This document shows positions 28,129 to 38,084 of a stretch of 64,000 bases of DNA, in pieces. A program made the translations under genes and the position numbers. This DNA comes from an uncultured Candidatus Saccharibacteria bacterium (GTDB lineage Bacteria; Patescibacteriota; Minisyncoccia; Phycocordibacterales; UBA918), in the NCBI GenBank assembly GCA_964402035.1, contig CAYOAM010000003.1, forward strand, positions 162,657 to 226,656, written 5' to 3'. How positions within the stretch are numbered: position 1 is the first letter of the stretch; each line of letters begins with the position of its first letter. The notes beneath the pieces are model-generated. The model was not told the DNA's origin. It saw nothing but the letters and a program-made list of their open reading frames with translations, and ran no database searches.

Positions 28129-29882
28129 ATGACCCAGCTACTGTAAAGAACAAACGTGTTGCTATATACCTCCGTGTCTCCACTGACGAACAGGCTAAGG
28201 AGGGTCACTACGGTTTGAAAGTTCAAGAAGATAGACTTCGACAGTTTTGTGCCAGCCAAGGTTACGAACTCAGTGAAGAACATGTTTACCGTGACGAGGG
28301 CTACTCTGGGACTCTTAAAGTTGAAATGCGACCTGGTCTATCTGCCCTGTATGAAGCAGCAAGGGAAAAACAGTTTGACACGTTGATTGTCTACAAACTC
28401 GATAGACTATTTCGTAATCAAACCAAGCTACTAGTATCACTTGAACAGCTCATAGATTATGGCGTAGGTTTCCAATCAGCAACGCAGTCGTTCGATACGG
28501 ATACATCAACAGGTCGTCTCATGATGCAAATTCTGGGTTCCTTTGCTGAACACGAGCGAGAACTGATTCGTGAACGAATGACAGCCGGTAAACTTCGCGC
28601 AGCTAAAGAGGGTAAATGGGTCACTGGTGTTCCGCCTTACGGATATCGAGTTGACGAAAAAACACAAACACTCATTCCACAAGCTGAAGAAGCTGAGGTT
28701 GTCCAGAAATTCTACGAGTGGTTGGTTTATGAAAAATGCTCTCTGCGTGAAATCACTAAGCGTGCAATAGAACAAAACCTACCGACCCCGAAGCACAAGA
28801 ACGCGAAGGGTAAGAATAGAGTTGGCGGAAAATGGTACAAACGAACCATTAATCGAATTCTGGTCAATGAAGTTTATACAGGTCAGTTTTACTACAACAA
28901 GTACAAACGACCATTCCAATACCTGAATGCTGTACTGGACGAACAACATCAACGACCACAAGAAGACCATATTCTTATCACTGTTCCAGCAATCATTTCA
29001 TCCGATTTGTTTGAGAAGTCGATACAGCAACTGCAAGACAATCGTCGATTCCAAAAACGAAACGAGAAGCGTGTCTACCTGTTTGCTGGACTACTCTATT
29101 CAGGAATATCGGGACGTAAGTTGCAAAGTGGTTATCAAACACCCAAAAAGGATAAGACAACCCCGATTCTAGGGAAGTACTACCATGTATACGTTCCAGA
29201 CATAGACAGGAAACCTACTGATTGCGATAAAAATAACCCTGAAGGGCAATGTGCTGAAAGTCGATTGATTCCTATTTGGGATACGTTGGTCGCGATACTG
29301 AGCGACCCGAAGAACGTAATACCGCAACTGGAAGAGTACACCTTTAAGACCAGCAACGAGGTCAAAGTGAAGAAGGAGTTAGTGCTACTCGAAAAGCAAT
29401 TCGAGACACTTAGAGTAAAGAAGCAACGTGTTCAAGAAGTGTATCTGGAAGCACAAATGGATAAGGACGACTACAACAGTCGGATGAAGCAAGTGAGAAA
29501 GGACGAAAAGGATATAGTCATCCAGAAACAGAAACTGTCACAACTACTCCTAAAACAAGATGAACAAAAAGACCGAGATAAAATCATTCAATCACTCTAC
29601 GGCAGACTAAAAGCCAGAATCAGTAACGTGACCTACGAGGAAAAGCAATACATTCTTCGTTTGTTTGTCGAAAAGATTACTTTACACCACAAGAAAGGAT
29701 ATGCGGAGGTAGCATTCAAGTTCCCACTAAACACGAATGTTCCAACCACTGCACCTGCCAGCATGACAGAGGGTAGGCATATGCGACTGGTACTGCATGT
29801 GAAGATTTATTCTGAAAAAGAACGACGAATTCAAATCTTTCAAAGTGTTCCAGAGATGTGTAAAAAACCAGTAGCAGTATAG
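28125..29882 (+). CDS. Large serine recombinase (integrase)
   Basis: N-terminal 'VAIYLRVSTDEQ' resolvase catalytic domain, a recombinase domain, and a C-terminal coiled-coil/zinc-ribbon-like region. 585 aa. Confidence 0.85.
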   Translation: MNDPATVKNKRVAIYLRVSTDEQAKEGHYGLKVQEDRLRQFCASQGYELSEEHVYRDEGYSGTLKVEMRPGLSALYEAAREKQFDTLIVYKLDRLFRNQTKLLVSLEQLIDYGVGFQSATQSFDTDTSTGRLMMQILGSFAEHERELIRERMTAGKLRAAKEGKWVTGVPPYGYRVDEKTQTLIPQAEEAEVVQKFYEWLVYEKCSLREITKRAIEQNLPTPKHKNAKGKNRVGGKWYKRTINRILVNEVYTGQFYYNKYKRPFQYLNAVLDEQHQRPQEDHILITVPAIISSDLFEKSIQQLQDNRRFQKRNEKRVYLFAGLLYSGISGRKLQSGYQTPKKDKTTPILGKYYHVYVPDIDRKPTDCDKNNPEGQCAESRLIPIWDTLVAILSDPKNVIPQLEEYTFKTSNEVKVKKELVLLEKQFETLRVKKQRVQEVYLEAQMDKDDYNSRMKQVRKDEKDIVIQKQKLSQLLLKQDEQKDRDKIIQSLYGRLKARISNVTYEEKQYILRLFVEKITLHHKKGYAEVAFKFPLNTNVPTTAPASMTEGRHMRLVLHVKIYSEKERRIQIFQSVPEMCKKPVAV

Positions 29883-29886
29883 GCCG

Positions 29887-30507
29887 TTAATCTTGCTTAT
29901 TAAGTGAGTGGATGACGGCCTTTGCTATACCTACAATTTCGAAGGAATCTGATTTTTTAATTTTCAGGTCTTTATATTCAGGATTGCTAGATCGAAGTAT
30001 TATTTCATTACTCTCCTTAATAACCTTTTTTATTTTAGGTTCACCGTTGTGTAGTACTAACGAAAGTTGGCCTGGAGAATCTAAGGTTTCATCCTTCTGA
30101 AACAGAACTAAGTCACCAGAGTTAATGTTTGGAGACATTGAGTCACCTTTTGCTAACACCGCAAAGATAGAGCTGGGGTCAGAGATATTAAACATCTTTG
30201 TAGATATAGAAATCTTTTCTTCGAGGTTAGACTCACTTACCAAGTCACTAGCATGACCGCAGGAAGCCATTCCATACCTACTGATGGTAACGACATCTTC
30301 TACAGGGCTTTTCAAAACCTCAAAAGTTGAGTTGTCGCCTCTTCGGAGGTAGCCCTTATTTTCTAATTGACGTAAATGGTGAGCCACATTCTGTGCGCTA
30401 CCAAGGTCAGCCTCTTTTGCAATTTGCCAAAGACTCATCTCAGACAAGGCTTCTTCATTTTCAATCAAAAAATTCAGCAGCTTTTGCTGGCTGGGGTGTA
30501 ATTGCAT
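29887..30507 (-). CDS. LexA/CI-like repressor (S24 peptidase family)
   Basis: N-terminal LexA-type winged helix ('SQQKLLNFLIENEEALSEMSLWQIAKEADL...VAHHLRQLENKGYL') and a C-terminal S24 domain ('GDSMSPNINSGDLVLF', Lys in 'KIKKV'). Confidence 0.75.
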   Translation of the reverse strand: MQLHPSQQKLLNFLIENEEALSEMSLWQIAKEADLGSAQNVAHHLRQLENKGYLRRGDNSTFEVLKSPVEDVVTISRYGMASCGHASDLVSESNLEEKISISTKMFNISDPSSIFAVLAKGDSMSPNINSGDLVLFQKDETLDSPGQLSLVLHNGEPKIKKVIKESNEIILRSSNPEYKDLKIKKSDSFEIVGIAKAVIHSLNKQD

Positions 30508-30744
30508 AACAAGAGCAGTATATATGACAGGGAGACATTTGTACACACTTTATTAACAGGAAACGAAACATTTGACGTTTTCCACCGCTACCGTACAATA
30601 GTACGAAGAAAGCCAGCTTGCGCTGACTTTCGAACGAATATTATTCCTCTTCAGGTTAGTGTAACACCACTTTCCTGAAGGTCCGACCGACTGGTCTTAC
30701 TTTACATAGTATTCCAGTTGGGCGGGCTAATCAAGTATTGGCCT

Positions 30745-30963
30745 ATGCGTAAGTATTACGTAAACCACAACGAACAGCCGGAGGGAGAACATGAGGTACA
30801 TGACTGGAATGCGAATTGCTCGCACCCACCACTCATGCAAAATCGTGTTGACCTCGGTTATCACACCACGTGCCGTGGTGCAATCTTTGAGGCACAAAAA
30901 CTTTATCCGCACTCACATGTAAACGGTTGCGCTTACTGTGTTCCAGACTGTAACTCTGACTAG
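30745..30963 (+). CDS. Small Cys/His-rich protein (possible Zn-binding), divergent from the repressor
   Basis: ~72 aa with C/H spaced as H..H..C..H...C...H.H..C..C..C. Confidence 0.35.
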   Translation: MRKYYVNHNEQPEGEHEVHDWNANCSHPPLMQNRVDLGYHTTCRGAIFEAQKLYPHSHVNGCAYCVPDCNSD

Positions 30964-30965
30964 TT

Positions 30966-31169
30966 ATGGCTCAATACGAACGCAACTCCGGCAAACGCTG
31001 GACAGTGAAAGAGGAAAAGCAACTCCGTTCTCTAGCAAAGGACAACACACCGACACGTGTCATTGGGTTGAAACTTGGCCGCCCTGTAGGGGGAGTGCAA
31101 GCTAAAGCACAAGAACTGGACGTGAGTCTGAAACCAACCAATCAGTCTCCGTACAATCGAAAGAAGTAG
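30966..31169 (+). CDS. Small basic hypothetical protein
   Basis: 67-aa ORF immediately following. Confidence 0.3.
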   Translation: MAQYERNSGKRWTVKEEKQLRSLAKDNTPTRVIGLKLGRPVGGVQAKAQELDVSLKPTNQSPYNRKK

Positions 31170-31374
31170 CAGAACCTTTACAGAGCATAATAGAATCCCT
31201 GCTTGTCAGGGGTTTTGTTATCATTGTGGGACAACTTTCCTAATAGTTGTCCTCCAGTTTATAAGATTTTGAACCCCAAATACTGCCATCTATCGACTTT
31301 TCCGTCATTGGTGGTATTTTTGTTTTACGTGCTATGACGCAAAAACGCCAAGTACCTAAGGAAAAAATCCAAAT

Positions 31375-32586
31375 ATGTGGGTTATCGTTAATGGAACATA
31401 CTCAACCGAGATTGAGGATAGCGTTGTTGAACGTGTTCTTAACCTATACCCAGAAGAGCGGCTTCTGAAACGTAAAGTATTTCAAAGTGCTTTTGCAACA
31501 GGTTCTATCAAACTGTCTGACCTAAAAGATGAATGCGATAAACTACTCATCCCATGGCAGATGTTCCTACTGGATACAGAAAACCACAAGAAGCAAATTG
31601 AACATATTGAAAAGACCAGAGCTGATAAGATTTCAGCTCGACTTCTGGCTAAACGAAAGGGTTCTGGTGATGTTACTTCAAAACGCATTGTAGACCGACT
31701 TATTCGCTTGCAAGGTTTTGTTTCAGCAACAACCTCACTACCGAACAATCCCTATTGCGATTCGCTGAAGAGCAAGAGTGTAAAAGTGGCCGCAAAGCAT
31801 GTAATCGACTATTTCAAAATTGACCAAAACTGGTTCTGGTCAACTCGTGGGAAAGGAACAGCGTTGTCAAAACTAATTTCTTTGGTAGAAGCAAAAAATA
31901 TCAATGTGTGTCAGGGTGTTCTCCAGAATAAAATGCTACCCCATCACTCTGTTGTAGCCGGTGATGTATATAAAAATACCAGCGGTTTTTCTATTAAGGA
32001 CGACAAGGTACCATTTGTATTTTTGCCGAGTGAAATCAACCCTGATGAGGTTGAGAGTCGTCAAATTTTTACACTTATATATCTCTTGGTAATTATTGGT
32101 CTTGGTAAGTATGACTACTACCTAGAGAAGGATTTTAGTACCAAAATGGTAGGAACAGACCGAATCTCTCGCAGAATTTTCGATATTACAACAGAAATTC
32201 TAATCCCCGAATCGGAAACTGATAAGTTGCGAAGTAAGACAATCACGGTATCTATGCGTGACGAGTTGGCGAGTAAGTTTAAAGTCTCACCATCAGCTCT
32301 TATTACCACTTTGCGAATCAGAAAAATAATTACTAAACCAGAATACAACGCATTAATGCCAGAGAAATATAAGCCTGGTACAAGAAAGTCTGGTCCAATG
32401 AATACTCAAAAAATTTCAACTTCAGTACAGAAATTCTGTGGACGAATTGCCGTAACTCACGTCAATGAAGGAATCAGAAAAGGTGGAAGGGGTGGAGGGG
32501 TTGAAAGTATTCAAGCGCAGTACATGCTTTTTGGTGCTGTAAACAAACCGCACTACCATGACTACCGTAAACAAATGGGACTATGA
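31375..32586 (+). CDS. Hypothetical protein (403 aa), partner of the downstream PIN-like gene
   Basis: Clean ORF that overlaps the next gene by 4 nt (ATGA). Confidence 0.45.
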   Translation: MWVIVNGTYSTEIEDSVVERVLNLYPEERLLKRKVFQSAFATGSIKLSDLKDECDKLLIPWQMFLLDTENHKKQIEHIEKTRADKISARLLAKRKGSGDVTSKRIVDRLIRLQGFVSATTSLPNNPYCDSLKSKSVKVAAKHVIDYFKIDQNWFWSTRGKGTALSKLISLVEAKNINVCQGVLQNKMLPHHSVVAGDVYKNTSGFSIKDDKVPFVFLPSEINPDEVESRQIFTLIYLLVIIGLGKYDYYLEKDFSTKMVGTDRISRRIFDITTEILIPESETDKLRSKTITVSMRDELASKFKVSPSALITTLRIRKIITKPEYNALMPEKYKPGTRKSGPMNTQKISTSVQKFCGRIAVTHVNEGIRKGGRGGGVESIQAQYMLFGAVNKPHYHDYRKQMGL

Positions 32587-33023
32587 ATCTAATTGACACT
32601 GTTGGTATCAATCACATTTTTGAAAAATCTCTTAAAATGAGTGAGGTTTATTATCTTGCTCCAGACATTTCTGAGGAAGTCGAGATGACAGAAATGATTC
32701 ACAGTAAACGCATCCCTGATGAGGTCAGATACGCAGCAGAGGTTGATGAATTTGATGAGTCAGTATATTTGCACCATTACAAAATTGCACTGAACTCCTA
32801 TAAAAAACGGTCATTCTATAACATGAAAGGATTTGGTGATGTATCAATTATTGCTACAGTGAAAACAATTCTAGATGGATATAAAAAACAGGATACTGAA
32901 CAGCTTTTTTCAACAAAAGAACCAGTCATTGTTTATACTGGTGATACAAACCTTACAGAAGTCTTAAATGCTGAATTTGATAGCTCGGACGTGCAGGTAA
33001 AAGGGATTGCCGACATTAAATAG
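32583..33023 (+). CDS. PIN-like domain protein
   Basis: 'MNLIDTVGINHIF' N-terminus and acidic residues spaced as in PIN domains (D5, E~35, D~96 'FGDVSI', D~121 'TGDTNL'). Confidence 0.4.
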   Translation: MNLIDTVGINHIFEKSLKMSEVYYLAPDISEEVEMTEMIHSKRIPDEVRYAAEVDEFDESVYLHHYKIALNSYKKRSFYNMKGFGDVSIIATVKTILDGYKKQDTEQLFSTKEPVIVYTGDTNLTEVLNAEFDSSDVQVKGIADIK

Positions 33024-33134
33024 ACGATTCCAACTGGGTGACTGTTGTTGCAGTATCTGTTCCTCAGTTTTGGCGCACTGAGTTGAGTAACAGTTATTGT
33101 AGAAGGTGTCCTACAAAATTGAGGGACAATAACA

Positions 33135-33737
33135 TTGGATGAATTTCCTGAATTTGACCGAAGATCAATTGATACGTTGCGCCAACCGCTTGAAGATAAA
33201 GTAGTTTCAATATCGCGCGTACATGGACAGGCAACATTTCCAGCAGACTTCACCCTCGTTGCCGCTATGAACCCCCATCGTGGTACCCACGATGGCAGTG
33301 ACCCGAGTGACAGCATGCTCGATGCATACAAAAAGAAAATTTCAGGGCCCATCATGGACCGCATCGACCTTTGGCTCACTGTTTCACATATACCGTATGA
33401 GGAACTCGCACAAAATGAGAAGCATATCGATCAAAATCGTGACGAAACCAAACGCGCACGAGAACAGGTACAGGATGCACGTCTCAAACAACGGCAACGC
33501 TACGGAGTTGCAACAAAAACAAACGGTGTGCTCTCTGCGCGAGATATTGAGATACATGTGCGCTTGGCGAAAGAAACAGAAACACTACTCATTGAATCTG
33601 CCAAAAAACTAGCACTCTCTCCGCGCGGCTACCACAGACTCATAAAAGTCGCCCGCACTATCGCAGATTTAGAGGGCGCAGATGATATTAAAACCACGCA
33701 CGTCCTCGAGGCGCTCCAATACCGCGCTCGGATATGA
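33135..33737 (+). pseudogene. comM: comM 3' fragment (Mg-chelatase C-terminal domain)
   Basis: It begins '(L)DEFPEFDRRSIDTLRQPLEDKVVSISR...', the direct continuation of ComM after Walker B. Confidence 0.85.
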
Positions 33738-33770
33738 AAAAAGCGCTACGATTTTGTAGCGCAGAAAACC

Positions 33771-34406
33771 TTATTGCAACTTGTAGCCACACCCCCACAT
33801 TGGCTCAATGTTTAGCCCATCAGTGCCAAATTCCCTCAGAGCTTTCCTCAATCTGCACACCAATACGTCAACGATTTTTGCGTTAGGAACCGTGTCCCGT
33901 CCGCGATACAACCAGGACAGGATACCTGACTTTGTAACGGCGCCATCGGAGTTCTTGATCAAAATTGCAAGCAGAAGCCCTAGTTGTCTTGAGAGTTTGA
34001 CGCACATGTCTCCACTCTCAAGATTAAATGCTGCCCTCGTTCGCACACCAGGCATTCCCTCTTGATGTGGGTTCTGCCGCAATGTGATCTTTTTATACGT
34101 TAATGTCTCCATGATCCCATTGTCTAACTCGGGAAAAAGAGCGGCACTTACCAAACGATGGGCCGATGCATGAGTTGTGTGCAGCGCATTGGGTGTATCT
34201 TGTGGCGCGGTCAACCACTCTCCGACCATAGCCTCAGAAAGTCCCGGGTAGATGCTTGCTGCTTGAGCTCGTGTCCATGCACCCTCCCTGACGCCATCCA
34301 CTATGTACGCTTTTCGTCGTGGCGTAAGTCGCCGCCACGTATATGCATCCATCTCCAGGTCAATCAGTTTAGCAAATCTCATTGCGCGTACTCCTGTAAG
34401 GTTCAA
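33771..34406 (-). CDS. Transcriptional regulator with C-terminal OmpR/PhoB-type winged helix
   Basis: C-terminal 'LSWLYRGRDTVPNAKIVDVLVCRLRKAL...GYKL' resembles a trans_reg_C domain. The N-terminal domain is unrecognised. Confidence 0.45.
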   Translation of the reverse strand: MNLTGVRAMRFAKLIDLEMDAYTWRRLTPRRKAYIVDGVREGAWTRAQAASIYPGLSEAMVGEWLTAPQDTPNALHTTHASAHRLVSAALFPELDNGIMETLTYKKITLRQNPHQEGMPGVRTRAAFNLESGDMCVKLSRQLGLLLAILIKNSDGAVTKSGILSWLYRGRDTVPNAKIVDVLVCRLRKALREFGTDGLNIEPMWGCGYKLQ

Positions 34407-34661
34407 GCTGGCTGCACACTATCATACATAGTGAGCGATGTAAAAACAGGCGGGCACGGTTATTTTGTTGTAATGATTTTAAAGAAATTCCATACATACA
34501 CCTCGCGCCTCAAAATCGCCATCTGCGAGGCGTCAAGGAAGAAAAGTGCGCGGCAGTGAAATATGCTGGGAGCATATTTCACGATTTCTACAATGAACAT
34601 CTTTGCGACGCCATCCGCCAGCTGGCGGAAACGAAGTAGCTGACGATTTTGGTGCGTGAGG

Positions 34662-35642
34662 TTAGAATGGGTTTTTGGCGCCACGTACTTCAAAGTGTAG
34701 ATGTGCTCCTGTTGAGCGACCAGTCGATCCAACACGTCCCACCGTTTGACCTTGTGCAACATAATCTCCAACAGAAACTGCATTGCTACTCATGTGCGCA
34801 TAGAGCGTCTGCGTGCCATTTGGATGTTTAATAACGACATAGTTTCCATAGCCACCGTTATATCCACCGACACGTGAAAGGATGACATTGCCTGAAGCAG
34901 CAGCAAGGATAGGAGTACCGATGGGCGCACCAAGATCCACACCATTGTATCCATGGATACCCTGCGTTCGTACTGAGCCAGGCAATGGATGCTTGAAATA
35001 GCCACTAGCAATTGAGCCGCCCGCGGATCCTACCGGTTTCTTTTTTGCCGGTGCGGCAACCACTTCACCTCCGGGGATTACGATCGTTGCGCCAGGAGCA
35101 ATATCTGAAGCATCTGCAAGACGATTATACGCAATAATATCATCGACATCACCATGGTATTTCGTGGCAATAGCCTTGAGGGTGTCACCCTTTTTCACGA
35201 CATGACGTACACCTGAAACAGGAAGCACAACCAAAGTATCTCCTGGTTGTATGGTATTTACATCCTTAATATCATTTGCCCATAAAATAGTATGCACCGA
35301 CACGCCAAACATATCTGCAATCTGTGAAAGAGAGTCGTCAGGACGCACCACATAGGTACTAATCTCACCATTATTGATCGCTTTATCTTCGCCTGAAGAT
35401 GGACCGAGACTTGGTACAAGAACGCCGTCTTCATCAACCACAATATCTCCGCCACCAATAGCAGCGTATGGATTGCTATTTATCGCAGCGCGTAAGAGCG
35501 GAACAGTCTGTGCATTATATATATCCGACCCTGTATGTCCTGAAAATTCGGCTTGTGCAGTAAGACCAAAAAACGACGCAACAAAACCAGCCTGTATGAA
35601 TACGGGGGTAAGCAACGCGCCTACAGATGCATACTGCACCAA
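34662..35642 (-). CDS. LysM-domain M23 family peptidase
   Basis: N-terminal signal peptide, two LysM repeats ('VKKGDTL..IA..Y') and a C-terminal M23 region ('HLHFEVR' in the HxH region). Confidence 0.85.
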   Translation of the reverse strand: MVQYASVGALLTPVFIQAGFVASFFGLTAQAEFSGHTGSDIYNAQTVPLLRAAINSNPYAAIGGGDIVVDEDGVLVPSLGPSSGEDKAINNGEISTYVVRPDDSLSQIADMFGVSVHTILWANDIKDVNTIQPGDTLVVLPVSGVRHVVKKGDTLKAIATKYHGDVDDIIAYNRLADASDIAPGATIVIPGGEVVAAPAKKKPVGSAGGSIASGYFKHPLPGSVRTQGIHGYNGVDLGAPIGTPILAAASGNVILSRVGGYNGGYGNYVVIKHPNGTQTLYAHMSSNAVSVGDYVAQGQTVGRVGSTGRSTGAHLHFEVRGAKNPF

Positions 35643-36142
35643 TAGAGTGTATTTTTTATAATATGTCGTCGAAACCTTCGCGGCGAGAGTGGTTAGTGAA
35701 GGGTCGATGTCCTGTTGGTTGAGTTCAATAAGCCTTTTTATTATGGACGCGCCGCAATGCAGAGAGCGAAGGAAATTCAGAGAAGAAAGAAAATAGAGCC
35801 TCGAAGCTCTACACTTTTTTTGATAGGTTCACCCACTTCAACTGATTAACGCCAGAAGAAATGAGGTGCATTTCTGATGCACCATCTATCGGTACCAAGT
35901 CGGTACAGGTACCACTATAGCGGAGTAAAAAGGAGAATCAATTGACGAAAGAAGAATTGTCCACAGCAGTCGTCCTAAGCCTTTTTTGGCCTTATAAATA
36001 GGGATATTTTAGCTATTGACTAGATATGTTTATTGTTGGTTAATTTGTGTACGGTGTAATAATCTTTCCAAACGCCTTTTTGAACTTTTCAATGCCGTTC
36101 GTCTTAATTACAATTACCGGCATGCTATAGTGGCGCACATAC

Positions 36143-38080
36143 ATGGAATATCTTTCCGTTCTCAACGCCCAACAAAAAAGTGCGGTCACCAAAACAGAAG
36201 GTCCCGTACTCGTCTTAGCTGGAGCAGGGTCAGGAAAGACCCGCGTGATCACGTACCGTATTTTGCATCTTATTGAACAGGGTATTGCTCCCGACAAAAT
36301 TCTCGCCGTCACCTTCACGAACAAGGCTGCCAAAGAAATGCGTGAGCGCGTTTTGGCGCTCGCGCATAGCTACCCTCACATAGAAAGAATCTTTATGAAC
36401 GTGCAGCCGACGATCGCTACCTTCCACTCATTGGGCGTTATGATGCTGCGCGAACGACATAAAGAGCTAGGAGTTAAGCGCTATTTTACGATCTACGACC
36501 GCAGTGACTCCCTAACCGCCATCAAACAGGCACTCGAAGCTTTAGGCTACGGGGCTAAACAATTTGAGCCCCGAAAGATCTTGAGCCACATCTCGAAAGC
36601 AAAAGGGGATGCGCACACCGCACAAACATACGGCGAGCAAGCAAAAACCGCCATGGAGAAGGTGGTGCGTGATATATGGAATCGGTACGACACCATTCTC
36701 CGAGAAAATGAAGCATTTGATTTTGATGACCTGCTACTCCGAACACTCAATATGCTTCGCGCAAACCCGCAGGTTCTTAAAGAGTACCAAGATCGCTTTC
36801 ACTATATTCATATCGACGAATATCAGGACACCAACAAAGTGCAGTACGAAATCGCTCGTCTTCTTGGCGGTGGCACGGGTAATATCTGTGCTGTCGGCGA
36901 TGTCGACCAGAATATCTATTCATGGCGTGGTGCAGATATGAACAACATCCTTCAGTTTGAACGTCATTTCAAGGGTGCCGAAGTCATTCTGCTCGAGGAA
37001 AACTACCGTTCCACCCAGACCATTATTGCCGCTTCGAATGACATTATAGAAAAAAATACGGCACGTATCCCAAAGACTGTTTTTACCAAAAATGCTGAGG
37101 GTGAGCCGATTTCTCTCTATGCTGCATACAATGAAGAGGAAGAAGCGGTCTACGTAGCGCGCGAAGCACAAAAGCTGATCCGAGATGGATGTGATCCATC
37201 CGCAATAGCGGTGCTCTTTCGAGCCAATTTTCAATCCCGCATTCTCGAAGAGTCGTTCCTTGCATACAATGTTCCGTACCAAATGCTCGGTACACGATTT
37301 TTCGAACGCAAAGAGATTAAAGATGTACTCTCGTATGTGCGCCTAGCTCTCAATCCTGCGAGCACCAATGATCTTTCTCGTGTCATCAATATTCCTCCAC
37401 GTGGAATTGGCAAAATAACGCTTCTTAAACTGCTCGAAGGCCAGCGAAACTCCATAACCGGCAAAACGATAGCAAACATCGAAGCATTTGAGGCGATTAT
37501 GGAGCAGATCCGCGCAACGCTCACCAAAGGACCACTAAGCAATGCACTTCGTGAACTCGTTAAAATAAGTGGCCTAGAAGCAGAGCTTAAACAGGGCGGG
37601 GAAGCGGAACTCGAACGACTGGAAAACATCCACGAACTGGTGTCACTTGCTACAAAATATGATAGCTACGAAGGTCTTGAGGGCGCAGCGGCACTTCTTG
37701 AAAATGCGGCTCTACAAAGCGACCAAGACGCACTTGATCCAAAAGATACGAGCAAGGATGGAGTCAAACTGATGACTGTACACGCCGCAAAGGGTCTCGA
37801 ATTTGCCTATGTATTTATAACCGGTATGGAAGAAGGGCTTTTCCCCCACGAACGACTCTCGGATGAACGTATCGACGAGGAAGAAGAGCGCCGTCTCTTC
37901 TATGTAGCACTGACCAGAGCTCAAAAAAAGGTATATTTGTCCTTTGCAGGTATCCGTACGGTCTTTGGGAGCCAACGGATCAATGCACCCTCATCATTTA
38001 TTGACGATATCAGTGAAGCGCATATGATGTCGGCAAATCCTTCGGAAACTGGCCATGAGCGGACAGTATACTTGGACTAA
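36143..38080 (+). CDS. pcrA: ATP-dependent DNA helicase, UvrD/PcrA family
   Basis: Walker A 'AGAGSGKTRV', 'DEYQDTN', 'VGDVDQNIYSWRGA', 'TVHAAKGLEF'. 645 aa. Confidence 0.9.
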   Translation: MEYLSVLNAQQKSAVTKTEGPVLVLAGAGSGKTRVITYRILHLIEQGIAPDKILAVTFTNKAAKEMRERVLALAHSYPHIERIFMNVQPTIATFHSLGVMMLRERHKELGVKRYFTIYDRSDSLTAIKQALEALGYGAKQFEPRKILSHISKAKGDAHTAQTYGEQAKTAMEKVVRDIWNRYDTILRENEAFDFDDLLLRTLNMLRANPQVLKEYQDRFHYIHIDEYQDTNKVQYEIARLLGGGTGNICAVGDVDQNIYSWRGADMNNILQFERHFKGAEVILLEENYRSTQTIIAASNDIIEKNTARIPKTVFTKNAEGEPISLYAAYNEEEEAVYVAREAQKLIRDGCDPSAIAVLFRANFQSRILEESFLAYNVPYQMLGTRFFERKEIKDVLSYVRLALNPASTNDLSRVINIPPRGIGKITLLKLLEGQRNSITGKTIANIEAFEAIMEQIRATLTKGPLSNALRELVKISGLEAELKQGGEAELERLENIHELVSLATKYDSYEGLEGAAALLENAALQSDQDALDPKDTSKDGVKLMTVHAAKGLEFAYVFITGMEEGLFPHERLSDERIDEEEERRLFYVALTRAQKKVYLSFAGIRTVFGSQRINAPSSFIDDISEAHMMSANPSETGHERTVYLD

Positions 38081-38084
38081 CATT

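Larger units (their letters stand above)
22400..33137. mobile_element. ~10.7-kb integrative element (serine-recombinase type) inserted in comM
   Basis: It splits comM between codons L(tta, 22397-22399) and D(gat, 33138-33140), flanked by tta/ttg. It carries a large serine recombinase, an S24 LexA/CI-like repressor, an R-M-like gene pair and a replication-initiator-like gene. By eye it is AT-richer than the flanks. Confidence 0.8.
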
